Shown here piece after piece: positions 49,819 to 59,868 of a DNA stretch of 64,000 nt. The DNA lies in NCBI GenBank assembly GCA_944324115.1, contig CALUVB010000010.1, forward strand, positions 11,002 to 75,001. The letters run 5' to 3'. Within the stretch, counting starts at the first letter, position 1; the number at the start of each line of letters is the position of its first letter. The translations under genes and the position numbers were made by a program. The DNA is from an uncultured Elusimicrobiales bacterium. Its GTDB lineage: Bacteria > Elusimicrobiota > Elusimicrobia > Elusimicrobiales > Elusimicrobiaceae. Under the pieces are notes generated by a model. That model was not told the origin of the DNA. It ran no database searches and saw nothing but the letters and a program-made list of their open reading frames with translations.

Positions 49819-50430
49819 TTAGTCCATCGGTTTGACGCCTTTGGCTGTAGCCAGCGGCGCAAATTTAAAGTTTAAAAATCCCATTACAGTCAAGCAATAC
49901 GCAAACGGTTTGGTAATGTTGATGTAATTGTGCCACATCTGGAACTCGCTGTGTTTCTCTACGCCGCGGATTTCCAGCTCGTGCTTTAAGGATTTATTAA
50001 GCCACATTTCACAATGGCCTTTGGCAATTTCATCGTCAATAGGCGTATCAAAATATTCCACATATTCCGCCGCCCAGCCTCCGACCAGGTTGCCTTTTTT
50101 GTCTTTGCCCCAGCATACTCCTAAACCGGTGGCAATGGCTTTGTGTTCGGTAATATTGGCTCCATTGCCGGCCATAATCACTTCCAGTACGGCGCCATGT
50201 TTGAACTGATCAGCCACGGCATCAACCGGTACGATGTTTTGATACAGCTCTTTGGGCAGCACCGAGGTATAAGGCACCACGTTGAAGTTTTCTATCTTGG
50301 CCTGCAAGAGTGCAGAATCGTAGCAGAACGTCTCAAACGGCTGCGGCGGAATACCATCTTCTGCCTGTCCGGCTCCGCCGGAAATAAACGCTAAGGTAGG
50401 ATAGCGAGTCCCCAATTGAATGTCTTGCAT
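49819..50430 (-). CDS. aaxB: Pyruvoyl-dependent arginine decarboxylase, chlamydial type
   Basis: [37 protein letters not shown]|[27 protein letters not shown]. Confidence 0.93.
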   Translation of the reverse strand: MQDIQLGTRYPTLAFISGGAGQAEDGIPPQPFETFCYDSALLQAKIENFNVVPYTSVLPKELYQNIVPVDAVADQFKHGAVLEVIMAGNGANITEHKAIATGLGVCWGKDKKGNLVGGWAAEYVEYFDTPIDDEIAKGHCEMWLNKSLKHELEIRGVEKHSEFQMWHNYINITKPFAYCLTVMGFLNFKFAPLATAKGVKPMD

Positions 50431-50457
50431 AGTTTTCTCCTTTTATGTCCAGTATGT

Positions 50458-51690
50458 TCACAGCATAATTGTAGTCCGCAAGCCCGCCACTGTTACCACA
50501 TGATTACCGCCATCTAAAGCAGCCCGCGGATAAATTTGCACATCTGGGGTAATGGTCAACATCTTGCCTATACCCCACACCCATTGCAGTTCCACCGCTG
50601 TTTCTCCGCTGCGCCAGAAAGTGGGATAACCCAGCGCTTCTCCGTCGGCGCGGTTATATACCACACCCAGTGTGATAACGTCTAATATGTTGCGGTTGAA
50701 CGGATTTAAATAAGAAAGCGCCAGCGCATAGGAGTTTTTAATGGTGTTAATATTTCCGTCTGAGCCGTTTGCCCGGGCGGAAACGGCCCATTTTTTGCCG
50801 AAGTTTTGACTGGCGTTAAACGACCAACCCCGCCCTATGCCCGGCTGATCGGACACGGAAGGCTGATAATAATACAGAAAAGAGTATTGTCCCGCGCCCA
50901 GCCCCTTAATAGTGGGGCTGTAGGAGATGGAGCCAAACCATGTATAATACCCGCCAAAAGCGTGGTTTAACTGTATGGTCTGCCCGTCTATATTGGAAGC
51001 ATCTTGCCAGCCGGCAGCCAAAGTCCAATCACCCGGGGCGGCCTGTACATAACCGCCAAAGCTGGCTATCGGGTAAACGGAGGTGGCATTTTGGGACAGG
51101 GCATAATTAAACAGCGCCGTTTGCTGATTGTCTAAATAATTGGAGCCGTCAAAATTATAGAGAGGAAATTGGCCTATGGTAAAAGAAAGCCAGTCCATTT
51201 TGCCAGGCAAAGTATGAGTATAAGAAAGCTGGGAAAAAATTTCTTGATTGGCCGTATAATCATTCTGCGCAGACAACAGCCCCAAGCGGTTTTGCAGGGT
51301 AGTGCCTTGTATGCCCCAGTAATGAATATAAGTATAGTTGAAAGTAATCTGCCCGGAACCCAAACGGGTATCAGTAAATAAATCCCAGGAAGCATATGGA
51401 TAATAATAACCTTGAATAGAAGTTTGTTTACCGCTGGGCGCTCCACGTTGGAGTAGGTAACTGATGTCGGCCCCTACCTGCAGACCGAGGTGTTTGGTCA
51501 CATCTTCTTCCCAGCCCAAATATTGTTTGCCGAAAGCCTGCAAAGAATCATGATGCATCAACTGGGTCCTTGCCAGCACGCGCTGGTGTTTGGCGGTGTG
51601 CTGGGTTATGTTGGTTTCTTGGGCCCCGGCAGAATAAAAACAACAGAAAAACATTCCCAAGATTATACCCGCAGCGGCTTTTATATTCAT
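50458..51690 (-). CDS. aaxA: OprB-family outer-membrane porin
   Basis: Signal peptide; SQLSYTHTLPG, IGQFPLYNFDG, DNQQ...NYALSQN; first gene of the aax operon. Confidence 0.82.
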   Translation of the reverse strand: MNIKAAAGIILGMFFCCFYSAGAQETNITQHTAKHQRVLARTQLMHHDSLQAFGKQYLGWEEDVTKHLGLQVGADISYLLQRGAPSGKQTSIQGYYYPYASWDLFTDTRLGSGQITFNYTYIHYWGIQGTTLQNRLGLLSAQNDYTANQEIFSQLSYTHTLPGKMDWLSFTIGQFPLYNFDGSNYLDNQQTALFNYALSQNATSVYPIASFGGYVQAAPGDWTLAAGWQDASNIDGQTIQLNHAFGGYYTWFGSISYSPTIKGLGAGQYSFLYYYQPSVSDQPGIGRGWSFNASQNFGKKWAVSARANGSDGNINTIKNSYALALSYLNPFNRNILDVITLGVVYNRADGEALGYPTFWRSGETAVELQWVWGIGKMLTITPDVQIYPRAALDGGNHVVTVAGLRTTIML

Positions 51691-52016
51691 ACGCCCCCCT
51701 TGAAGTAGTTTTGTTTTATTTACACTAATATTTGCCGGTTCGTACGGGCAAGGGGGGGAAAAGGATTAGATAAAAAAAGACGGAAGGCTCCCGTCTAAGA
51801 TCAAAACAAAAATAACCCTTTTTTTATTATCCGGTTCAGCTTTTTATTATTTATTACTCACTTAAAAATATTCTGTTTTCACTCTACATACCATGTTGTC
51901 ATCTAAAAAATATACTGGCACATGATAAAAAGCCGAAAACAAATAATTACGAAAAGATTGCGCCCAAAGATAAAACTTTTTATACAATATAAATATCTTA
52001 ACTAAGGGGAATAAAC

Positions 52017-52337
52017 ATGAAAAAACTGCTTGCTCTTACCGTATTAGGCGCCTTGTGCTTGGGTGTTGGTTGCGCCGCCAATACTTCTACCGCCGCTTCC
52101 GCTGCCAATACGCCAATGACATTAGATGAAGCGCTGCAAAAATCAGCTGAAACGCGCCAGAAACTTTTAGATGCCAAAGAAGCTTATGAAAACGCCAAAG
52201 CAGCTGCTCAATCCAGCCAAGAAAACAATACCAGTTTCTCCACGGAAATGGCAAAACAAGCCGTACAAAGCAAAATAGACGAATCTAAACAAAAACTCCA
52301 AGATGAAGCAAACGCTTGGAAAGAAGTATTGAACTAA
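52017..52337 (+). CDS. Hypothetical lipoprotein
   Basis: MKKLL...LGVGC lipobox; RBS aagggg; terminator follows. Confidence 0.8.
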   Translation: MKKLLALTVLGALCLGVGCAANTSTAASAANTPMTLDEALQKSAETRQKLLDAKEAYENAKAAAQSSQENNTSFSTEMAKQAVQSKIDESKQKLQDEANAWKEVLN

Positions 52338-52344
52338 TCTTACC

Positions 52345-52372
52345 AACCCCCTGTTCAGCCGAACAGGGGGTT
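52345..52372 (+). terminator. Intrinsic terminator
   Basis: AACCCCCTGTTC-agcc-GAACAGGGGGTT. Confidence 0.75.
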
Positions 52373-52631
52373 AGTGTCTAAACATCACCCAATCAAGTCT
52401 TCTTATCGCTTGAGAAACAAAGTGCGCGCCACAGAAAAGTAACAGAGATAAGGAACGGATCCGTCTCAGAGCCGAATTAACAAAGCGTGTATGGATAATT
52501 GAGCCCATTACCCCAAACTGGCGGCGGCCGGGAAAAAATTTATTAACCCTTTACTCTCTCTAAAAAATCAGCTATCAGTTCCTTGCAAAAGCACTGAGGA
52601 AAATAAATTTTGGCTTTTCCGTTTTAAATAG

Positions 52632-52657
52632 AACCCCCCGCATAAAAGCGGGGGGTA
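52632..52657 (-). terminator. Terminator of the sigma/anti-sigma operon
   Basis: ACCCCCCGC-ataaaa-GCGGGGGGT. Confidence 0.7.
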
Positions 52658-52670
52658 TTAATTGAATTTT

Positions 52671-53315
52671 TTATTCAGCATCTTCCGGAGCCGGAGGAGG
52701 CGGAGGAGGAAGTTTCCCTTCCGGACCGACGACTAAGGGGCCTTTCGGACCAGCTTCAGGGCCTCTAGGCCCTCTGGGGCCAGCTTCAGGACCGGCTTTG
52801 GGACCTTTCGGCATATGCCCATAGCTGCGCAGAGCCTCTCCCAAGTCTCCATCTTCCGCAATGACTTTATCAGTCATTTTCTCAATCCAAGCGTTTTTGG
52901 CGGCAGGTTCTTGCTCTTTATTCAAAGCTTCTCTCATATCCGCCAGGCGTTTTTCAAACGCTTTTATTTGCTCGGAGCGCATTTCAATTTGCTCGGAGCG
53001 CACGGTGTTTAACACTTCACCGATTTCTTCGCGCAAAGAAGCCTGTTTTTTGCTGCCTTCTTTAGCCTTCTTATATTCTTTGACCAGTTTTTCCAATTTT
53101 TCTTCATTGGCTTTAAACTGGGCTCTGCGGGCCTTGCGTTCGGCTTTGTCCGCATCAAGCTTCGCTTTTCTATCGGCTTTATCGCCCTTCATGAGCATTT
53201 CATGACGAGCTTCTTTCCCTTTCTTCACCGGGCAGTCATCGCCTTGGCATTTGGGAGCCGCAAAAGCAGCCGCGCCAAAAACCAACAATGTGCCCAACAC
53301 GAATAATTTTTTCAT
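52671..53315 (-). CDS. Secreted helical protein, Spy/CpxP-like
   Basis: Signal peptide; charged helical hairpin; Pro/Gly-rich tail (GPKAGPEAGPRGPRGP...PPPPP). The family call is inference. Confidence 0.65.
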   Translation of the reverse strand: MKKLFVLGTLLVFGAAAFAAPKCQGDDCPVKKGKEARHEMLMKGDKADRKAKLDADKAERKARRAQFKANEEKLEKLVKEYKKAKEGSKKQASLREEIGEVLNTVRSEQIEMRSEQIKAFEKRLADMREALNKEQEPAAKNAWIEKMTDKVIAEDGDLGEALRSYGHMPKGPKAGPEAGPRGPRGPEAGPKGPLVVGPEGKLPPPPPPAPEDAE

Positions 53316-53335
53316 GTGTTTCCTCCCTTCTTTAT

Positions 53336-53746
53336 TTAAAATTTTTCCTCAAAAGCTTCAAAATCCGCCACAAAGTTGTTATATTCTTCATCAGCTTCGG
53401 CGGAAATATAGGCCATGAGTTCTGCGCCGTCATCTTGATAACGGCTCCTATAAGGCCCGGTAAAAAAGAACAGCACTCCCGCGCCCAATACCAAAGCGGC
53501 AGCTAACGCCGGTTTAACTATCCGGCTCCACCAGCCTTGTTTGCCCGCCGCAGCACCAGCCAAAACGCCTTCTACCAGCGTTTGCGGAGCGGCGGGGGGG
53601 ACTAATGCCTGCTGCGTCTGCTGCAAGAAAGCCATTTCCCGCCGGCAATGCGGGCACTGGGCCACATGTTCTTGGAACGCGGCGGCCTGCTGCGGCTCCA
53701 ATTCGCCGTAGAAATACAGCAGTATGTTTTCACATTCATTTTTCAT
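53336..53746 (-). CDS. Zinc-binding anti-sigma factor (zf-HC2)
   Basis: LYFYGEL...HVAQCPHC (HxxxCxxC) and one TM helix. Confidence 0.88.
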   Translation of the reverse strand: MKNECENILLYFYGELEPQQAAAFQEHVAQCPHCRREMAFLQQTQQALVPPAAPQTLVEGVLAGAAAGKQGWWSRIVKPALAAALVLGAGVLFFFTGPYRSRYQDDGAELMAYISAEADEEYNNFVADFEAFEEKF

Positions 53747-53748
53747 AA

Positions 53749-54309
53749 TTAAGCCTCGTTCTGTAACATTTTCTGCATCTTGCGTATGCCGCGGTGATGG
53801 TCTGCTAATACCGTGCCAAGGGGGCGGTTTAAAAGTTCAGACGCTTCTTTAAACGTCATATATTGCTTTAAGTAAATCGCTTCCCGTTGGGCCGGCGGCA
53901 GACGCAACGACGCATTGCGTATCTGCTGGGCCAGCTCGGCTCTTTCTAACCCTTCCAGCGGCTGTGGGTCTTGGCCGGGCAGTTCATCGTGCCAATAGGG
54001 ATTTCCTTCTTCGTCAGTGTCGTCTAATGAAACCAGCTTGTCTTTGTCGCGAAAGTAATTTAAAATTCGGTTTCGCGCCGCAGTGAAAAGATAACTTTTC
54101 AGTTTTCCTTCCGGCTGATAGTCATGGATATGGCGGTAAAAATTCAAAAATACTTCTTGAAAAATATCGCCGGCGGCGCCTTCGTCGCGCACCATGACCA
54201 TGATATATTGGTACAGCATATTTTTGTACCGATATACCAATTCATTGAAACACCTTTCGTCTCCGTTTTGGAAACCGACTACCAATTCATCATCACTTTG
54301 CCCGTTCAT
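53749..54309 (-). CDS. ECF RNA polymerase sigma factor
   Basis: SDDELV...AGDIFQEVFL...YLFTAARN; LPPAQREAI...PLGTV. Start at ATG 54309 after ggag. Confidence 0.92.
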   Translation of the reverse strand: MNGQSDDELVVGFQNGDERCFNELVYRYKNMLYQYIMVMVRDEGAAGDIFQEVFLNFYRHIHDYQPEGKLKSYLFTAARNRILNYFRDKDKLVSLDDTDEEGNPYWHDELPGQDPQPLEGLERAELAQQIRNASLRLPPAQREAIYLKQYMTFKEASELLNRPLGTVLADHHRGIRKMQKMLQNEA

Positions 54310-54628
54310 GTCGTCTCCACCCTTATATAAACCTAGAAAGCGTTTTTTTATTGCAGTTTTTTCTAAAATTTTATCCGTCTTTTTCACGACGGGGCTTTTT
54401 ATTACTGTAGCAAAATTAGAGCTGCCAATAGAAAAAGAAAAAGGTTATTTCAAGCTCCATAGTGCAGCCTATACAGGCATTTACTTCACTGCCTGCGTGC
54501 ATTACCCAACGCGCAGCACTTGCTTCCCAGTACACATATTACCGCCCATACGCCTGCTCCGGCAAGCCCAATCTATTCCTATCCGTTCTTTCAAACAAAA
54601 CCCGCCGAATTGGCTGAAGGGCTGCACA

Positions 54629-54656
54629 TAAAAAAGCCCGGCTTAAAACCGGGCTT
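54629..54656 (-). terminator. Terminator of the efflux operon
   Basis: AAGCCCGG-cttaaaa-CCGGGCTT with an A-run on the left. Confidence 0.75.
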
Positions 54657-54677
54657 ATGTATGACAGGCAAAACAGA

Positions 54678-55907
54678 TTATTCATAACGCAGGGCATCAA
54701 TTGGCGTCAGTTTAGACGCTTTATACGCCGGATAATACCCGAAAAAAATACCCGTAGCGGCCGAGAATCCAAACGCGATAAAAATAGACGGTATACTCAG
54801 CTGTGCAGGAATGCTGGTGCTGTTAGCCGCCACAATCATCGTGGCTATAATGCCAATCAATACCCCAATTAACCCGCCTATACAAGAGAGAGTCACCGCT
54901 TCCACCAGAAACTGAAGCCGAATATCGGCGCTGGTGGCCCCAATAGCCATACGAATGCCGATTTCACGCGTACGCTCCGTCACAGACACTAACATAATAT
55001 TCATTACGCCAATGCCGCCCACCAGCAAAGACACGGCTCCTATCACCCCCAGCAGAATACCCATGGTCTTGCTGGCGGCTTTGGCTTCTTCCACAAAAGA
55101 AGCAAAATCATCTAATTGAAAATCATCTTCCGCCAATGGGTGTATTTTATGCGTATTGCGTACAGTATTAGCGATTTCTTCTTTTGTTTCTTCTATCGTG
55201 TTGAAATCTTTTACGCGGATAATAACCCTGTCCAAAGCGCGGCGGTCGCTGTTATTCCAGCCGGTGTTCATTTTCACTTTGCCGGTGGTATAGGGGATCA
55301 GCGTGCCTTCGTCCATATCAAACCCCATGCCGCCTTGGCCATTCTTTTTCATTATTCCAATGACGGTGAAAGGTATTTCGTCAAAAATGACGGTCTTGCC
55401 CAAAGGGTCTACATCGTTAAAAATAGTTTGCGCCACCGTAGCGCCCAGTACCGCCACTTGGGCATAATCATCTACTTCCCGTTCCGTGAACTCCCGCCCT
55501 TCTTCTATTTCCCAATCATACGTTTTAAAAATATCGGTATCCGTAGCCAATACGTCAATAGAGGTGGAAGTATAGCCGTATTTTACGTCAAATCCAGAAT
55601 TAATATACGGCGCGGCCGCTTCCACTCCGGGCAAACGGCGTATGGCGCGCACATCGTCCATTGTCACATCTTTAGGCGAAGAAATGCTTTCGTCTAAATC
55701 CCACGGCTGACGCAGATATAAAATATTCGTGCCAAAGCGGGAAAACCGCTCTGACATACTCTGCTGGGTACCCGTACCCACCGCCAGCATGGTAATGACC
55801 GCAGCCACCCCAATTACAATGCCCAAACTGGTCAATGCAGAACGCATTTTATTGGCAAAGATGGCTTTTACCGAAATGCGGAAAACGGAGAGAAGCGTAT
55901 CTATCAT
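54678..55907 (-). CDS. MacB/FtsX-family ABC permease
   Basis: RSALTSLGIVIGVAAV; GGIGVMNIMLVSVTERTREIGIRMAIGA; PIDALRYE. Confidence 0.95.
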   Translation of the reverse strand: MIDTLLSVFRISVKAIFANKMRSALTSLGIVIGVAAVITMLAVGTGTQQSMSERFSRFGTNILYLRQPWDLDESISSPKDVTMDDVRAIRRLPGVEAAAPYINSGFDVKYGYTSTSIDVLATDTDIFKTYDWEIEEGREFTEREVDDYAQVAVLGATVAQTIFNDVDPLGKTVIFDEIPFTVIGIMKKNGQGGMGFDMDEGTLIPYTTGKVKMNTGWNNSDRRALDRVIIRVKDFNTIEETKEEIANTVRNTHKIHPLAEDDFQLDDFASFVEEAKAASKTMGILLGVIGAVSLLVGGIGVMNIMLVSVTERTREIGIRMAIGATSADIRLQFLVEAVTLSCIGGLIGVLIGIIATMIVAANSTSIPAQLSIPSIFIAFGFSAATGIFFGYYPAYKASKLTPIDALRYE

Positions 55908-56590
55908 TTTTTCACCTCATCGCTGACTTTCTGCCCGTCGCGGAAGGTAATCAGCCGGCCGGCATACTGAGCAATATCCGGCTCATGTGTAATCAAAATA
56001 ATGGTCTTGCCCATTTCTTTATTCAACCGGGTAAACAAGTCCATAACCTCAATACTCATTTTGGTATCTAAGTTGCCGGTCGGCTCATCGGCAAAGATTA
56101 TCGGGGCATCACACACCAAACTGCGCGCAATAGCCACACGCTGCTGTTGCCCGCCAGAAAGCTGGTTGGGCATATGAAATGCGCGTTTCTCCAATCCAAC
56201 AGCCTTCAAAGCTTCCATGGCTTTTTCACGGCGTAGGTGAGACGGAGTATGATTATACACCATGGGCAGCTCCACGTTTTCTACGGCCGTGGTACGGCTG
56301 ATTAAGTTAAACCCTTGGAACACAAAGCCGATTTTGCGATTACGCACCCCGGCCAATTTGGACAAATCCGTTGCGGTTACATCTATTCCGTCTACAATAT
56401 ATTTCCCTTGGGTGGGTTTATCCAAACAGCCTAAAATATTCATAAAAGTGGATTTGCCGCTCCCGGAAGGGCCCATTACCGCCACAAACTCACCACGCTC
56501 TATAGAAATACTCACCCCTTGCAGCGCGTGCACTTCCACATCACCTACGACGTAGGTTTTATATAAATTCGTGGTTTCAATCAAGCTCAT
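55904..56590 (-). CDS. ABC ATP-binding protein (MacB/LolD-like)
   Basis: [28 protein letters not shown] motifs. Confidence 0.96.
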   Translation of the reverse strand: MSLIETTNLYKTYVVGDVEVHALQGVSISIERGEFVAVMGPSGSGKSTFMNILGCLDKPTQGKYIVDGIDVTATDLSKLAGVRNRKIGFVFQGFNLISRTTAVENVELPMVYNHTPSHLRREKAMEALKAVGLEKRAFHMPNQLSGGQQQRVAIARSLVCDAPIIFADEPTGNLDTKMSIEVMDLFTRLNKEMGKTIILITHEPDIAQYAGRLITFRDGQKVSDEVKK

Positions 56591-57829
56591 TTATCTTCTC
56601 CGGCCCGGGCGCGGGGGCTGGCCGCTGGCGGCAGCGCTTGCACCGGCTTTATTTTCAGAAACGATGACCCGCTGCCCTTCTTTTAAATCACCCGAAGTGA
56701 TTTCTGTACGTTTCTCAGAAATGATGCCTATGCTGACCGGCACACGGCGTGGCTGGGCGCCCTGTTCAAGCACCCATACTCCCGTTGTATCATACTTTTC
56801 CATATTGGTGGAGGGGGAGAAACGAAGCGCTTCATTAGGCACCAAGAGCACGCCTTGTTTATCGGTTGTTTTGATAGTAATGGTAGCCGTCATGCCAGGC
56901 ATAAATTTACCTTCCGCATTATCCACATCAATCACCACTGTATAAGTGGTGGAAGAAGACGACGTGCTGGAAGATGAGCTGGAAGAAGCCGTGTAATTGG
57001 TACGCACCTGGCGCACCGTACCGGAAAATTTTTCATCGGGGTATCCGTCTAATGTAAATTCAGCGGTTTGCCCTTCTTTAATCTTTACCACGTCGGCTTC
57101 AGACACCTTGGCTTCAATCTGCATTTTAGTCAAGTCTTCCGCCAGCGTAAACATTTCCGGCGTAGAATAACCTGCCGTCAGAGACTGGCCTTCGCTCACT
57201 TTTTTGGTCAGCACCACTCCATCTACCGGGGACACTATACGTGTATTATCCAAGTCTTTTTTGGCGCTGTCCAAGCTGGCCTGCGCTTGAATAACACGAG
57301 ACTCCGCCGAATTTAAAGAGCTTTTGGCATTGACAAATTCCAGCTCATACTGTTCCAAATCCGTCTTTGCCACATATTCTTTATCATACAAGGATTGGTA
57401 ACGTTTTAAGTTGATTTGGGCCAAATTATAGGTCATCTTTGCGGATTCCAATTCTTCTTTGGCAGAAGAAAGACTGGCCACCGCCTGGTCATAATTGGCC
57501 TGGATTTGGGTAGGATCAATAAGGGCCATCAGATCCCCTTTCTTCACTGGCGTATTATAATCCACATAAATTTCCAAAATCTCGCCGGACACCAAAGCCC
57601 CCACTTCCGTGGTGTTGACAGGTGCTATCGGACCGGAAGCTTCCACAATATCTTCTATGTCGCCGGTTTTCACTTCAGCCGTACGGTACAGCGGCGCAGA
57701 CGGAGCTTGGAAGAATAGTTTCCACGCGCCAATGCCCGCGGCGCATAAAACAGCCAAACACAGCCATTTCACCCATGTAGGGCGGTTTTTAAACCAATTC
57801 CATATTCCGGAAAAAATATTTATTTTCAT
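56591..57829 (-). CDS. Periplasmic adaptor (MacA/HlyD-type membrane fusion protein)
   Basis: N-terminal TM; EVGALVSG, SPVDGVV, VSEADV, PGMTA, VPNEAL. Confidence 0.92.
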   Translation of the reverse strand: MKINIFSGIWNWFKNRPTWVKWLCLAVLCAAGIGAWKLFFQAPSAPLYRTAEVKTGDIEDIVEASGPIAPVNTTEVGALVSGEILEIYVDYNTPVKKGDLMALIDPTQIQANYDQAVASLSSAKEELESAKMTYNLAQINLKRYQSLYDKEYVAKTDLEQYELEFVNAKSSLNSAESRVIQAQASLDSAKKDLDNTRIVSPVDGVVLTKKVSEGQSLTAGYSTPEMFTLAEDLTKMQIEAKVSEADVVKIKEGQTAEFTLDGYPDEKFSGTVRQVRTNYTASSSSSSSTSSSSTTYTVVIDVDNAEGKFMPGMTATITIKTTDKQGVLLVPNEALRFSPSTNMEKYDTTGVWVLEQGAQPRRVPVSIGIISEKRTEITSGDLKEGQRVIVSENKAGASAAASGQPPRPGRRR

Positions 57830-57831
57830 AT

Positions 57832-59385
57832 TTATCTTGTACCCATCGCTTTTTTAAGTTCCGCCAACGCCACGGCATAATCATAACGGGCGGTCAGTAA
57901 ATTCAATTCAGAATCCGTATAGGCCACTTCCGCGTCTTTTAAGGCAATCATATCTCCAATGCCTTCATTATAACGGCCGCGCGCCAAGTCTAGATTTTCT
58001 TTCGCTTTTTCTACCGTAGAAGCCGCCACAGGGATACTTTCTGCCGCTTCATTAAGTGCAATAAACGCATTCTGTACTTCCAAGAATACGTCATTAGAAA
58101 GACTGCGGTCACTGTTTTGCGCTGAGGATAAATTGATACGCGCCTGTTTGACGCCGTTATAAACACTCAATGCGCTGAAAATAGGTATCTCTACGCCGGC
58201 AAATAAGCGGGTTTGGTCATTGTCAAAGTGGAATTCATCTCCATTTTTGCTAAAAGAAGCGCCAAAAGTAAACGTAGGCCAATAAGCGGCTTGGGCTTGA
58301 TTGAGCTTAATTTCACTTATTTCCAGTGCCGCTTTAGACGAGCGGACATCAGGGCGGTTGGCATAAGCTTGCGTCAACGCTTCTTCAAAGGTCATGGTAA
58401 ACGGCTCCGCCTCAATGGTATCATCTAACACCAGGGGAACCTGGCGCGTAACTCCCATCACATTAGCCAACGCGGCGGTCTGGGTTTTGACCAAATTTTT
58501 AGCACGGATTAAACTTAAAATTTCATTATTAAGATTCACTTCAGCCGTTGTAACATCTACTTTAGGGCGGAGTCCTTCATCAAAAAACGCTTTGGTACGG
58601 TCATACTGTTCTTGATACAAATCCCGCGATTGTGTACGTATAGCCACGGCGCGCTGGGCGGAAAGCAAGGCATAATATGCGCTTTTTACATCGGCGATAA
58701 TGCCGTTCTCCGTATCACATAAATCCAACTGGGCGCGCTGCAGCTCTAATTTTTGTGTTTTGATATTACGCACCATATCCGTAATGCCGGAAATAGAAAT
58801 TGACGCATCAACAGAAGAACTGCCTTGTCCATGGTCGCTGCGGGAAGCGGGGGGAATTTTTTGATTTACATATTCTTGCTGCGCCGTAGCGGAAACGGTA
58901 GGCAAAAACTCCGCCTTAGCGCTGCTGAGCGCCACCGCCGCCGATTCCACAGCCAAACGCGCACTGACTACGCGCGGGCTGTTTGCCAATGCGATACGCA
59001 CGCAATCATTTACTGTCAATTTGTCATCTAAAGAAGGAAGCGGTTGGTCAGCCTGAGCCAAAGCGGAAAGTGCCGCTGCGGCCTCTGCCTGCGCTTCGGC
59101 GGCCAAAGAGACGGCCTCCGTGGGGTGTTTAGAAATATTTTCTTCCGCTACACCGGCCGCTTGGGCGGGGGAAAGAACTTCCTCTTTTGTGACATCGGCA
59201 GACGCCGGTGCCGTATCCGCAGCGGAATCCGCCGCAGCAGACGCTTCGGCCTTCGGTGCGCTGCCCGCGGCCTGTTCTTGCCCGGCTGGTACAGCCTGCG
59301 GAGGCTGCGGCATTTGGGCACCCAAAAAAGAAGCGGTAAAAAAACAAATAGTTAATAATAAAGTTTTTTGTATTTTCATTTTCAT
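57832..59385 (-). CDS. TolC family outer-membrane efflux protein
   Basis: Signal peptide; ALANSP, AEFLPTV, ANRPDV, RYNEG, ARYDY motifs. Confidence 0.92.
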   Translation of the reverse strand: MKMKIQKTLLLTICFFTASFLGAQMPQPPQAVPAGQEQAAGSAPKAEASAAADSAADTAPASADVTKEEVLSPAQAAGVAEENISKHPTEAVSLAAEAQAEAAAALSALAQADQPLPSLDDKLTVNDCVRIALANSPRVVSARLAVESAAVALSSAKAEFLPTVSATAQQEYVNQKIPPASRSDHGQGSSSVDASISISGITDMVRNIKTQKLELQRAQLDLCDTENGIIADVKSAYYALLSAQRAVAIRTQSRDLYQEQYDRTKAFFDEGLRPKVDVTTAEVNLNNEILSLIRAKNLVKTQTAALANVMGVTRQVPLVLDDTIEAEPFTMTFEEALTQAYANRPDVRSSKAALEISEIKLNQAQAAYWPTFTFGASFSKNGDEFHFDNDQTRLFAGVEIPIFSALSVYNGVKQARINLSSAQNSDRSLSNDVFLEVQNAFIALNEAAESIPVAASTVEKAKENLDLARGRYNEGIGDMIALKDAEVAYTDSELNLLTARYDYAVALAELKKAMGTR

Positions 59386-59530
59386 TATTATATAAATAAA
59401 ACCAGCTTTGCCGAATAAAAATTTACAACATTCCCTTTATACGCAACACATAAAGAACGCTTTTTATTGCATTTTATTTCCAGCGGGAACAGCCTGGCTC
59501 CTGCTCTTCCATTTTTACTATAATAAAGAT

Positions 59531-59860
59531 ATGTGGAAACCAATTGCTTTATTAGTTTTGTCTAATTTATTTATGACGGTGGCTTGGTATGGGCATTTGA
59601 AACATAAAAGCACCGCCTTGTGGGCTGTTATTTTAATTAGTTGGGGCATTGCTTTTTTTGAATACTGTCTGCAAGTACCGGCCAACCGCATGGGCAACGG
59701 CTACTTTACAGTCACCCAACTTAAGGTAATGCAAGAAGTTATTACGCTGTCCGTATTCACCGTATTTTCGCTGCTTTATTTCCATGAGCATTTTCATTGG
59801 AACCATTTGGCGGCGTTTTGCTTATTGGTGGGGGCGGTCTTTTTAACGTTCAAAAGTTAA
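59531..59860 (+). CDS. DMT family small membrane protein (DUF486-like)
   Basis: SNLFMTVAWYGHLK, SWGIAFFEYCLQVPANR, QLKVMQEVITL. Start placed at ATG 59531. Confidence 0.88.
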   Translation: MWKPIALLVLSNLFMTVAWYGHLKHKSTALWAVILISWGIAFFEYCLQVPANRMGNGYFTVTQLKVMQEVITLSVFTVFSLLYFHEHFHWNHLAAFCLLVGAVFLTFKS

Positions 59861-59868
59861 TCGGCCTT

